This document shows positions 1-12,477 of a stretch of 64,000 nucleotides of DNA, one piece after another (the first letter of the stretch is position 1; the number at the start of each line of letters is the position of its first letter). The DNA lies in the NCBI GenBank assembly GCA_012295275.1, contig CM022665.1, positions 48,608,001 through 48,672,000 of the forward strand. Reading direction: 5' to 3'. The notes below the pieces were generated by a model. That model made no database searches, was not told the origin of the DNA, and saw nothing but the letters and a program-made list of their open reading frames with translations. A program made the position numbers and the translations under genes. The DNA comes from Chrysomallon squamiferum (Eukaryota; Animalia; Mollusca).

Positions 1-883
1 CATAAAAGACATTTCGGTATAAACACTGTGATTACTTGGTGACACGCCTATCTTTTTTGTTCGCTCTGAAAATAATATTGTTCACGGATAGCAGGGAAAA
101 CTTAATACATATCTTTATTTTTGAGGACGTTGCCTCGTGAACTGAATGAAGAATTGTGGGTAAAATATCATCATAATGCATCTGTCATCTAGCAGTAATC
201 AGTGAAATTATCTTTTTTGTTGTTAAATATGCTGAATGACTAAGTAGTAAAGATTTTTTTTTTTTTTTTTTTTCACTTATAGGAATGTGACTGGTTTTAC
301 TTTACCTATTTTATCACAGTGTCGAGGTTACATTTTATTTTTCCTTTCTCAAATATAAATCGCGTAATTTCAATTATAAAGAACATAATTGTAAACGTTT
401 AGCGTTTCTTCTCACAGAAACGTTTAGATTCTATTGTGAAGGACGTTACAGTGAGTGAGCACATTAATTTAAATGATATGATGAGCTGATTTTTCATGAT
501 TAACGCTCTATGCTAAACCAACTCTGATACTAATTTATTAACCCAACTAGCATATTTTTTTACCCAAAGGTGGCCCACAGATGACGTCATCAGATAAACG
601 AGGTAGCAGGGAATATATTTATTTACAAATTATTATTATTATTTTTTATTTATCAAACATACACTGTCACATTTAATGTGGGGTTTTTTTTATTCTTTTT
701 TTTTCTCTGACATCGAGCATAAAATATATACATGAAGAACAGTGGACAGTGAGTAAGTTAAAACAGAGGTTAGTTAGTGGTGTTGTCATTATCATTGTTA
801 TCTCACAACTTCACGTTCATTCCATGTCAGGTCACCAAGCCTCTCTGATTTTTCTGAAGATTGGTATTTACGCTAACTGAGGC

Positions 884-885
<2 letters not shown>

Positions 886-970
<85 letters not shown>
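886..970. repeat. (GA)n microsatellite
   Basis: Uninterrupted AG dinucleotide run, followed by degenerate GA/CA repeats to about 1045. Confidence 0.95.
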
Positions 971-973
<3 letters not shown>

Positions 974-1274
974 ATACACACACACATACTCAGAAAGTGA
1001 GTGAGAGAGTGAGACAGACACACAGAGAGAGAGACAGAGAGGGGACAGTTTATAATTTTCTAATCTTCAGAACAAAAATATCTTTCACTGTGATACAGAC
1101 AGAAGCGGAAGGACAACCTCCCCAGTAGCTGGAGCTGAATGATTGTACTGTATTTCCAGTTTTGATTCACAGATGAAAAATTGTTTATGCTATTTGGATT
1201 CATATGTTTTGCCCCCACCCCATAAATAAATGGTTGATACGTCTATAATAATAATAACAACACAATTGACAAGA

Positions 1275-1355
1275 GCAACAGCAACAACAACAACAACAAC
1301 AACAACAATAATAATAACAACGACTCAACAATAATAACAACAACAACAACAACAA
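1275..1355. repeat. (CAA/TAA)n microsatellite
   Basis: caacaacaac...aataataac runs. Confidence 0.85.
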
Positions 1356-2088
1356 TAAATAAATAAATAAATTGATTAAAAAAAAATCAATAAATAAAAG
1401 CGGAATTTACATATCATGAAATTGCTTCCAAGTTTGACAAAAAAGTATCCTAAAGGGAAAAAAAAAAAAATCAAAAAAAAAAATTAAAATTAAAAAAAAA
1501 AAAAAATAATAATAATAAATAAATAAATAAAAATCAACAACAACAAAAAAAGAAAAAAGAATGAACGAACACACCAAACCTCTGAAAAATAAAATTAGCA
1601 ATATGAATTGATATTTGCGAGTAAAATGACCACTCTGTAATTTTCCTGGTTATTTATCGGAATGACGTCATTGCATTGTTGAGACATTTGACGTCACAAA
1701 AATCACCAATGACCATAACATTTATCATACTGTTTTCCTGCGTTTTCTATTTCTGGAATTACGTAACTTGAATCCAAATGTCGTAATTTTTATTTCAGAT
1801 TTCAATATAAATATTCTGGTAGCATTAATTTTAAATAAAACGCTGTAGTATTTCACAAAATAAATCGAATAGTTCATTTTGGAGTGCCACTCATTTAATA
1901 TCATAAATATTAATTGTTATATTTAAAGAAAAAAAAAAAATCAGGACTAATCAACAAGCTGGTACGTTTAATTTTTGTGAAACAGTTTATTGTTATTATT
2001 TACTCATTTTATTTATTTATTTATAATGTTACTATATTATTATGATAAAAAATTTTATATGACTTTCTACTCAGTAAATTAAAGCACA

Positions 2089-2090
<2 letters not shown>

Positions 2091-2152
<62 letters not shown>
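2091..2152. repeat. (GA)n microsatellite
   Basis: Uninterrupted AG run. Confidence 0.95.
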
Positions 2153-2156
<4 letters not shown>

Positions 2157-2389
2157 GAATCGAATTAAAGCAAACTGTTCGCAAACTGTGACTTCTTTTT
2201 AAAAAAAGAATAAAAAAAAAAAAACAGAAAAAACCATCATTTTTGACTATATATGTATATAAAAATAATTACAGATTTTCCCAAACTGAATAATAATAAT
2301 ATTATTACTCGTAGATTTTTCCGAGTGTTAGTAACATTATCGAAAACTACCGAACTCTAACAATTTTATCTTTTGATACTGAAGATGGA

Positions 2390-2995
2390 ATGATCACGTG
2401 ACCACAGGCAGTCGCCAAAACAATGTTTATAATTTAACAAATTTTTGTTATTCATCTTGATTTCAACTATTAACGTGAACTAACTAAACTTAAACTCTTC
2501 AGTTACAGGTAATGCTGGATGTTAATGAATATTTTGTACGTAAACAAATATGTCGGTTTGTATTGAAAATAATATTTTACAAGTCAAAAGTGGCGCCATA
2601 TATTTTCACCCTTGTTCAGTCCATTCAATTCGACAATTGTGTTTTTCAACCTATTTTTTACGTCATGAAACACGTGTTGCTCGAATGGCGAGGTTAGTAA
2701 CAGTGGAATATAAAGATCGTACAAGATTGATATTTATTTAATAATAGTAAATACTTTAATTTGTTTCTTCATTCTAATGATTCTTAAGTTAGTGAAAAAA
2801 AACCCAGTTTTGTGTAATTTATTAATGTGCATATATATAAATAAAAGACCCTGTTGAAAAATTTCAGAAATTGTTAAAACATATTTGACCCAAATCTCCT
2901 CAAAGGATTTATTTTATTAAATTAATTTCTAGAGTATCTATCCACTAACCTTAAGGATTAGTTTTCAGAGAGAAATTACGTAGACCGGAAGGTGT
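2390..2995 (+). promoter_or_regulatory. Probable CTP synthase promoter / first exon region
   Basis: E-boxes CACGTG at 2395-2400 and 2671-2676, ETS-type ACCGGAAG at 2984-2991, and a candidate donor GAG|GTTAGT at 2692/2693. TGACGTCA palindromes lie further upstream (582, 1663, 1689). The first ATG-bearing exon has an acceptor at 4531-4532, so an upstream exon is expected. TSS position is inferred. Confidence 0.4.
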
Positions 2996-3714
2996 CTCGT
3001 AGAAAAAGCTGTTACGCTCATTTTTATTTTATTATTTTTTATTTATTATTTTTATTATTATTTTAATAAATGATATCGTTCTTTGGTTATATTTTCTCAT
3101 TAACGCATGGAATCTAGATTAATGTTGACAGTCATTTCGGTTACCTGTGAAATATAAATGGAAAGAGAACAACTCATTAAAATTGTTAAATTCTTATTAG
3201 ACAGTACTGTTTGTTTTTCATTTAATATTTAATGTCTGATTTCACTGTACCTCAGTTTTATTTATTTTTAATTTTTGACTCTCTCAAAATATTTTAAAGC
3301 AGATTTGCATTCACTGTCAGATGTATTTTCCACTGAATTTAATAATAATAATTAAAAAAAAAAAAAAATGACAAGTAATAAAATGTTCCAGATCATTTTC
3401 ATTCAACATGTTTTTATGATTAACTAGAACCTTGTCATTTCTGTCACCTGTTGTTTTAAGATGTCTGCCATCTTACCCAGTCTTGAAGTACATAAACATC
3501 TGTTTTTATGACTAACAAAAAGAAAAAAAAAGTAATAATAATCTTTAAAAAAATAAAAAATAAATCATGATTTTTAATATTTTTTTAAAGGTATTTGTAA
3601 TCTCATAATATATGCATGCAATGAACCAGTGCTGCAGTTCAAGAGAAATAGGAAATGTTTGTAGGATGATTTTTGGTTATTCATGGTTTGCTGATAAATC
3701 TGTGTGTGAATGTA

Positions 3715-4271
3715 AGAGGGGAACCTTGGGTTACGAACTGAATTCGTTCCAGAACTTGGTTTGTAATCCAAACTGTACGTTAACCCAAGTGATGTCAGAC
3801 ACACAAACAACACGCTCAGTTCTGTCTTAACCTCTGCTGTGATACGTTTATACTTTCCACCAGCATTATCACTTTCACTTTTTGGTTTCTTGGGAGCCAT
3901 ATTGGATAGGGTTATAACAAAAAATATACACAAAAAAGCAGCAACACTTTAAAAAATGTGAGTGCACAATCTCAATGCAAAACCTATTGAGCTGCAACTG
4001 TATATCGAAGACTAAAGACCCTAATTCATGATATATATTTGCTATAGGGCATGCCTATAATCCTTACTTTGACCTCGCTTTTGATGCAAGCATTCCACTG
4101 TTTCTTGATGTTGACATCAAAGCCGATGTCAAAAAAAGTTTGTTGTGGCACGTCGCTGTAGTTCATAACACAGGATATTGTATGTAAAACCAGGACAAAA
4201 TCTGTCCAAAAACACGATTCTTAATTCAGTTTGTTTGTGTTTCAACATGTTCGTAATCCTAGGTTCCACTG
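3715..4271 (-). mobile_element. Tigger/pogo-like (Tc1-mariner superfamily) internally deleted DNA transposon
   Basis: Imperfect TIRs: AGAGGGGAACCTTGGGTTACGAAC (3715-3738) and, as reverse complement of the right end, CAGTGGAACCTAGGATTACGAAC (4249-4271). Both are flanked by TA (3713-3714, 4272-4273). Minus-strand fragment from ATG 3900, MAPKKPKSESDNAGGKYKRITAEVKTEL, resembles the N-terminus of Tigger/CENP-B-type transposases. Confidence 0.7.
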
Positions 4272-4548
4272 TATATCTATATCTATATGTATATCTACAT
4301 ATATATATCTCTCACATATATATCTAGATGTCCGTATAAAAAGAAATGAACAAATAAAACATAATACTTGTAATCTGATTTGATTGTGCTTCAAGGCCTT
4401 TGTAACCTGAGGTCACACTATAATCTATATCTATATAGATCTATCTATCTAGATGTATATGTATTTGTATATGTATGTATATCTGTCATCACGATGTCGT
4501 CTTCATTCACCCGTGACGTGTTGATCTTTCAGCTATTTCCGATCAGCC

Positions 4549-7205
4549 ATGAGATACATTCTGGTCACGGGAGGTGTGATCAGTGGCGTTGGCAAGGGCA
4601 TCATCGCCAGCAGCATCGGCGTCATCTTGAAGTCGGCAGGCATCCGCGTGACGTCCATCAAAATCGACCCCTACATCAACATCGATGCTGGCACGTTTTC
4701 TCCATACGAACATGGTACACTTTTTTTTTTTTTTTATAATTAATTCTGTGAGACCAGAAATCAACTTTTGATTTTTATCTCTGTATTTATGTGGTTTTAT
4801 TTTTTTTTTTTATTTTTTTTTTTTAAATTACATTAAATAATGGCTACCACATTTCAGAAGACTTAGTAGTAAATTACCTTGAAGTAGCAGAAGATACACA
4901 ATATTTACCTTAAAGATACTTCGACAAATTACTTTTTTTTTTTTTTTTTTTTTTCCAGTTTGATATTGAATTATCCACATTTAATTACATAAGAAAAAAC
5001 AATAATACATTTTTCCTTTTTATTTATTTTACCAGTTTCATATTAATATTGAATTACCTAGATTTAATTACATAAGAAAATAATACATTTTTCCCTTTTA
5101 ATAGTTTTTCGACTTTCATGTTGAATTGCTTAGATTTATTATTATAAGAAAATTACAATGTGTTTCAGGTGAAGTGTTTGTGCTCAGTGATGGCAGCGAA
5201 GTTGACCTTGACCTTGGTAACTACGAGAGATTCCTTGACGTGACTCTGCACAGGGACAACAACATCACGACTGGTAAAATTTACCAACACGTCATCAACA
5301 GAGAGCGACGCGGTGACTACCTCGGCAAAACTGTACAAGGTAAACTACTACTTAGTTCTGTGTGTTACATACACTGGCAAAATGCTGTGGTATGTGCTGT
5401 GCTGTTTGGGGGAAAGTTATTAATAAAGATTGTAGAAGGTAAACTACTACTTAGTTCTGTGTGTAACATACACTGGCAAAATGCTGTGGTATGTGCTGTT
5501 CTGTGTGTGGGAAAGTTAATAATAAAGATCTTTTGCTGTTAATGGAAAAAATGTAGCTTTTTTTTTTATAATTGGAAACTTAAACAATTATCAAAACAAA
5601 AGTTCCATATTATTTTTACTGCACTGCAGGTAGAAAATAAATCAGTTTTCTGTAAATTTAAAAAATTTTGTTTACTGTTCAGTGACTGGTTTTGTTCTTA
5701 TCTTGTATCCTCTGATCTTGCTGATATTTATTATGACAAAATTCCAGTTTTAAAATTGAAGATTTGTGTTATATCATGTATCACTTATGCAGTTTTTGTA
5801 AATGTTTAATGTTTGCATTGATTAAAATGTTGCACATCCAAACATTACCAAATTTGTTAGTGAAAAAATTTCAGTTTAAAAACAAAAAAAATTATTGCAT
5901 TTGTACATAACTGGTGCAGTGTTTGAAAATATTAACTGATTGCATTTGTTTGTATCTTAGCTGTTACAAAATTTGTTTCTGAACAAGATTTTTGTTACAC
6001 TTATGATACATATTACTGATTGAAATTGTGTATCTCAGACATAATCAGATTTGTGAGATAAAAATAACTTTACTCAAATTACTGTCAGGATAATGACTTG
6101 TACAGTGTTTGTTAGTTCAAAAATAAATATTTGCTTTTCAATTGTTTCACATAACTGATGCAGTTTTTTGAAAACTAGTTTAACAATTTGATTAATTTGT
6201 TACCCAAATATTATTAAATTTAACAGTTTAAAATTAAAAATTTCTAATACAGTTGTGCCTCATATCACTCATGCAAAGTGTTTGTGGCTGGTTTTGTCGG
6301 ACATTATAATGTTTATTAGGTTAAATGTTTGTGTCAGACATCACTCGTGCAAAGTGTTTGTGGTTGGTTTGGTTTGAATCTTGTATGTCAGACATTATAA
6401 ATTTTATTAGTTTAAATGTTTGTGTTGCAGTTGTGCCACACATCACTGATGCAAAGTGTTTGTGGCTGGTTTTGTCAGACATTATTAAATATTAAATGTT
6501 TGTGTTGCATAAAATTAAAAGTGTTTGTGTTTTTGTCAGACATTATAAATATTATTAGTATAAAATTAAATGTTTGTGTTGCATATCACTGATGCAAAGT
6601 GTTTGTGGCTGGTTTTGTCAGACATTATAAATATTATTAGTATAAAATTAAATGTTTGTGTTGCAGTTGTGCCACACATCACTGATGCAAAGTGTTTGTG
6701 GCTGGTTTGGTTTGAATCTTGTATGCCAGACATTATAAATTTTATTAGTTTAAATGTTTGTGTTGCAGTTGTGCCTCACATCACTGATGCTATTCAGGAC
6801 TGGGTGGAGAAGGTTGCTATGAGACCAGTGGATGGAGACAAACGTACTCCTCAAGTCTGTATAATTGAGGTATTTGTATACACAGTGTTGTCCTTTATCT
6901 GAATGAAATGTATATACACGCACATACACATAATAGTTGTATAGATACAGATCTCTCTCTACAGATATATCTATATATATATATAGTTCTATATTTATAT
7001 AGTTATATATATATCTATAGTTCTATATTTATATAGTTATATATATATAGTTCTATATTTATAGAGTTACATATATATCTATAGTTCTATATTTATAGTT
7101 ACATATATATCTATAGTTATATATCTATAGTTCTATATTTATATAGTTATATATATATCTATAGTTATATATGTATATATAGTTATTTATATTTATATAG
7201 TTATA

Positions 7206-7243
<38 letters not shown>

Positions 7244-10200
7244 GTTATGTAGTTATTTATAGATTGTAAAAACAATAAACTATTATTTATTAAATATTAC
7301 GTAATACAAAACTCAACAAGTGTAGAGGATTTTCTACAGTATGAAATGATTAAAACGGAAGTAAAAAGAGGGTGTCAGGTTTCACCTCTCCCATGTCATT
7401 GTTTTTCTCATTGACAAATCCACAAGGTCACTGCTTCACTGCTCCACTGACTCCAGTGACTAATGGGCTCCATAACAACAAGATCAGTTTGAAGATTTCC
7501 GTAATGATCAGATACAAGTCGTAAAATATTTTGTACTGAGTCCTGATGAGAGAAAAGTTAAATGAAAATAATTATTAATAAATTGGACAGCAAAAATGGT
7601 GGACAAAAGTATTATTTTTTTATGAGTTATTGAAATATTAGATTTGGGATGTGAGATATCGTTAATATGTGTGTGATTGTTATAACATTGACATGATTTT
7701 TAGTGTGTAATATTGGGATTTATAACTGAGTTCATGGTATTCATGGTGTTACTGAATTATTTACTATAAGATTGTCTATTAAAAAAAAAACAATTAAAAA
7801 ACAATTGTCTTCACATTCTTTCCAAAAGAAAAACATAGCTCAGAAAAATAAAACATGTAATTATAGAAATATACATTATTAAAATATCAATTTACAAGTC
7901 ATATAATAATCAATACATTCTTCAAAAAAAGATCCGATTCACAGAAACAAAATTTGTGTAATTATAAAACTACACTTTATTAAAACACAGTAATCATCTA
8001 TACATTCTTTAAAAGATCTACTTCACAGGGGTGAAAAAAGAGATAATTATTGAACTGTGTGTTGTAAAGTAAAATAAGAGTTTTTCACTTTGGATGTTTC
8101 AGCTTGGAGGGACTATTGGAGACATAGAGGGGATGCCGTTTGTCGAAGCTTTTCGTCAGTTTCAGTTCCGAGTGAAACGAGAAAACTTCTGTTGTGTGCA
8201 CGTCAGCCTCGTTCCACAGGTAAATACACACCACAGTTGTAGACAGGTAAATACACAACAACGTTGTAGACAGGTAAATAGATGACATTATAATAAATTA
8301 AAAATACAACACTAAGTACAGTAAAATTAATATTAGTATTTTTTTGTCTTTGTATATATCACACAATACATACATTATTATGTATATGTATAGTACATGT
8401 ATATGTATATACACAGGCACACACACACACACACACACACATACTATTATTATATATATATATATGTATATATCGTATATTTATATAGACATGTACATAC
8501 AGATATATATGTGTATATATCTGTGAACATCTATGTGTATATTTTTTCAGTAGATATAAACTGTTTTATATATTTTTTTGATTCCAGCCTAAAACTACAG
8601 GGGAACAGAAGACAAAGCCGACACAAGCCAGTATACGAGAACTGAGAGGACTTGGCCTGTCTCCTGACATTGTGAGAGACTTTTTCTTATCACTGACACC
8701 AGATCTTGTTACTTACTGTTTTATTTTACTTTTATTATTATGTTTTTAAAGTTTAGTCACTTTCGTTAATTTATGTTACTTTTGTATAAAAATGCTCTTC
8801 GTGATTTTCAAGAGAATATTTTTGAAAAGTTGTTGGTAGACTTTTTATATGTTTGATGTTATCTTTTTCATTTTTTTCACCACTGTTAATACTCTTTAGA
8901 TCCATTCTGAGCATGCTTGTCAAAAAAAACATTCTGTGTAAAATGCATTACTAGATTTGATACAGAAACCTTTTGTTAAAGTTCTCTGTATGTTATGAGA
9001 TATGTGATATTATATTTTTCTTCTTTTTACCATTATATTTATATGTCTCGAGCATATTCTTGAGTTTGTTTCTTAACCCTTTTGTCCCCACTGGTGAGAT
9101 ATATTTCTTTTTAACCCTTTCTGGGGAAAGAAATAGGCAGTTTTCCCCATAATTCTCGACACCATGAAATATGTATTGTGTGAAAAATTGGTGCTGAAAT
9201 TAAATCTTTATATATGGTAGGGATAAAACAGTAATTTTCCTCAAAACCACCTGACTCTGGGAAGTGTATGTTGTATGTCCAAATTTTGAAGGGTTAAAAA
9301 GAAACAAATGAACTGTGATCTTCTTTAAGGAGCTGCTGTTCTCTGATTTCAGATTGTGTGCAGGAGCCAGACTCCCCTGGAGGAGAGTTCACGAGACAAA
9401 GTGTCTCTGTTCTGCCATGTGGAACCTGCTCAGGTGAGTAACTGTTCACATAGCAACAGTGATTCCAAAACCTCACATCACATAGCAACAGTGATTCCCA
9501 AACCTTTCACTTAGTGCTAAATATGGATACATATACAGTTAATTACCTATCACTTTGATGTATTCCAATTATTGGTAATATTATACATTGTTTTTTTTTT
9601 AGTTAATTTATTTTACTAACTAACACACAAATGAATTTCAGTCAGTTTTTAATTGGATAATTTTGCTTTTTCAATGATTACCCTAATGGAATAATTTTGT
9701 TCATTTTGTAAAATGCCTGACATACCTGTTTAATACAACTTTACATGGAATTTGACTTACCTGATTTCAATCATTTCACAGGTACAAACTTTCAAAATTT
9801 ACTTAAAAAATAAACTATTTATTTTAATCTGAACCCTAACATTCATTAATATTACAAATATGTCAAATAATCATGTAACAAGTAACACGCCCAGTATTAT
9901 TATCTGTTTCACGTGACAGACCTCAGGTAAAAAAAAAAAAACACACAAATGACTCACCTGTACAACTTGATTACAGGTAATCTGCGTGCACGATGTGTCA
10001 TCTATCTACCATGTGCCTCTGCTGTTGGAGACCCAGAAGCTGCAGCCATACTTCATCGACAGACTGAAGCTGGAGGTGTCGAGCTCGCGACCCACCCGAC
10101 TGATGAGTCGCTGGAAGGAGCTCGCCGACAGGTACGACCGGCTCCTGAAGGAGGTGACCATCGTGCTGGTTGGGAAGTACACGAAGCTGGAGGACTCCTA

Positions 10201-11611
10201 CGCGTCCGTGGTGAAAGCGCTGCAGCATGCGGCTTTAGCTTCCAGCCACAGACTTGACCTGAAGGTTTCTTCACACTAGATGACTTCTTTTTAACAGTTT
10301 TCACTTAATGTTCACACTAAATGACTTTTTTTAACAATTTTCACTTATGTTCACACTAAATAATTGTTTTTTTTTTTTTTTGACTTGTATTCACACTAAT
10401 TAATTGTTTTTATCAATCTTGACTTTTGTATTCACACTAAATCATGTTTTTATCAATTTTGACTTTTGTATTCTCACTAAATAATTGTTTATTTGACAAT
10501 ATTGACTTTTGTATTCACACTAAATAATTGTTTATTTGACAGTCTTGACTTTTGTATTCACACTAAATAATTGTTTATTTGACAATCTTGACTTTTGTAT
10601 TCACACTAAATAATTTTTATCAATTTTGACTTGTATTCACACTCAATAATTGTTTATTTGACAATCTTGACTTTTGTATTCACACAATAATTTTTATCAA
10701 TTTTGACTTGTATTCACACTAAATAATTGTTTTATTTGACAATCTTGACTTTTGTTTTCACACTAAATAATTGTTTATTTGACAATCTTGACTTTTGTAT
10801 TCACAGTAAATAATTGTTTATTTGACAATCTTGACTTTTGTATTCACACTAATTTTGACACTTTATTCACTTGCATTCACACTGACTGTTTCTAACACTT
10901 TTTTCACTTGCATTCACACTAGTCTGTGTTGTGTGTTGCAGTACATCGAAGCTGCAGATCTGGAACCGTGGATGCAACATGACAATGCACAGCGCTACCA
11001 CCAAGCCTGGAAGGAACTCGTGGGAGCAAAGTCAGTCACTTACATTTTATCTACTAAACAAACATCACTGTAAACCTGTTACGTTAGTGAGTGCTGGCAT
11101 AACATATGAAAAATAAAAAGAAAGAAAAAAAGAATAATAATAATAAGAAGAAAATTAATAAAGAAAGTGAATTAATTATTTAATGTATGTAAAAATTAAA
11201 AAATTAAAAAATATAATAATAATAAGAAAATTAATAAACAAAATGAATTAATTATTTAATGTATATAAAAAAATAAAAATAAAAATAAGAATATAATAAT
11301 AAGAAGAAAACTAATAAAGAAAATCAATTAATTATTTAATGTATGTAAAAATACTAAAAAAAAAATTAGAGTGAAATTAAAAGTAAATGTTATTAAAACA
11401 TGCTTAGAAATTAAAAGATGAAACCCAGTGAGCAAAGTGAAATAAAATATAGTAATAAGTAAAAATAATTGTTCTAAAAACTAAAATTTAAAAGAAAAAA
11501 ATGAAATTAAATATAGAAATAAGTATTTATAATTGTTGTTAAAGCTAGGCACATAAAGAAATAAGAATTGTACTTTCCATTCATCACATCATTTAATAAT
11601 TATCAGATATT

Positions 11612-11644
<33 letters not shown>

Positions 11645-12437
11645 GTGTGTGTAATATGTGTGTGCATATATGTATATCTATCTATCTCTCTCTGTATATC
11701 ATGCTACAGTTACAAGTTACAATATTTAGAATATTTTGTTGCTGACAGAAATTAAAACTATTTTATTTCAGTGGTATCATCGTCCCTGGGGGTTTCGGAG
11801 TGCGGGGTACGGAGGGCAAGATTTTGGCTGCAAACTGGGCGAGGATCAAAAAGGTTCCATACTTAGGTGAAGTTTTAAATGTGTTCAGTGATGACAGACA
11901 GCTTCAGATCATTTGAAACACTTTGGAAATGTTTATTATTTATGGAGTTTGTTGTTGTTTTGTTGTTAATTTTACTGTTGATGTTGTTGTTACTATTATT
12001 GTTATTATTACTATAACTACTATTTGTATTAGTACTATTATTATTATTATATTTACTATTATTGTATTTACTATTATTATTATTATTATTATAATTATTA
12101 TTGTATTTACTGTTATTATTATTTTTACTATTATTATTATATTTACTATTATTGTTTTTACTTATTATTATATTTACTATTATTATTGTATTTACTATTA
12201 TTATTATTATTATATTTACTATTATTGTATTTACTATTATTATTATATTTGCTATTATTATGTTACTATTATTATTGTATTTACTATTATTATTATTATA
12301 TTTACTATTATTGTATATACTATTATTATTGTTGTTGTTGTTTTGGTGTTGTTGTATTTATTATTATTATTATTATATTATTAAATAAATCTTGATAAAG
12401 AGTACTTGAAAACTTTTAAATGGTCAAAAAAAAACAA

Positions 12438-12477
<40 letters not shown>

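Noticed and set aside
9949-10304. Alternative-frame and antisense ORFs over CTPS exon 7 (also over the last CTPS exon and the SMAP last exon)
   Set aside because: Shadow ORFs from GC-rich or biased coding sequence.
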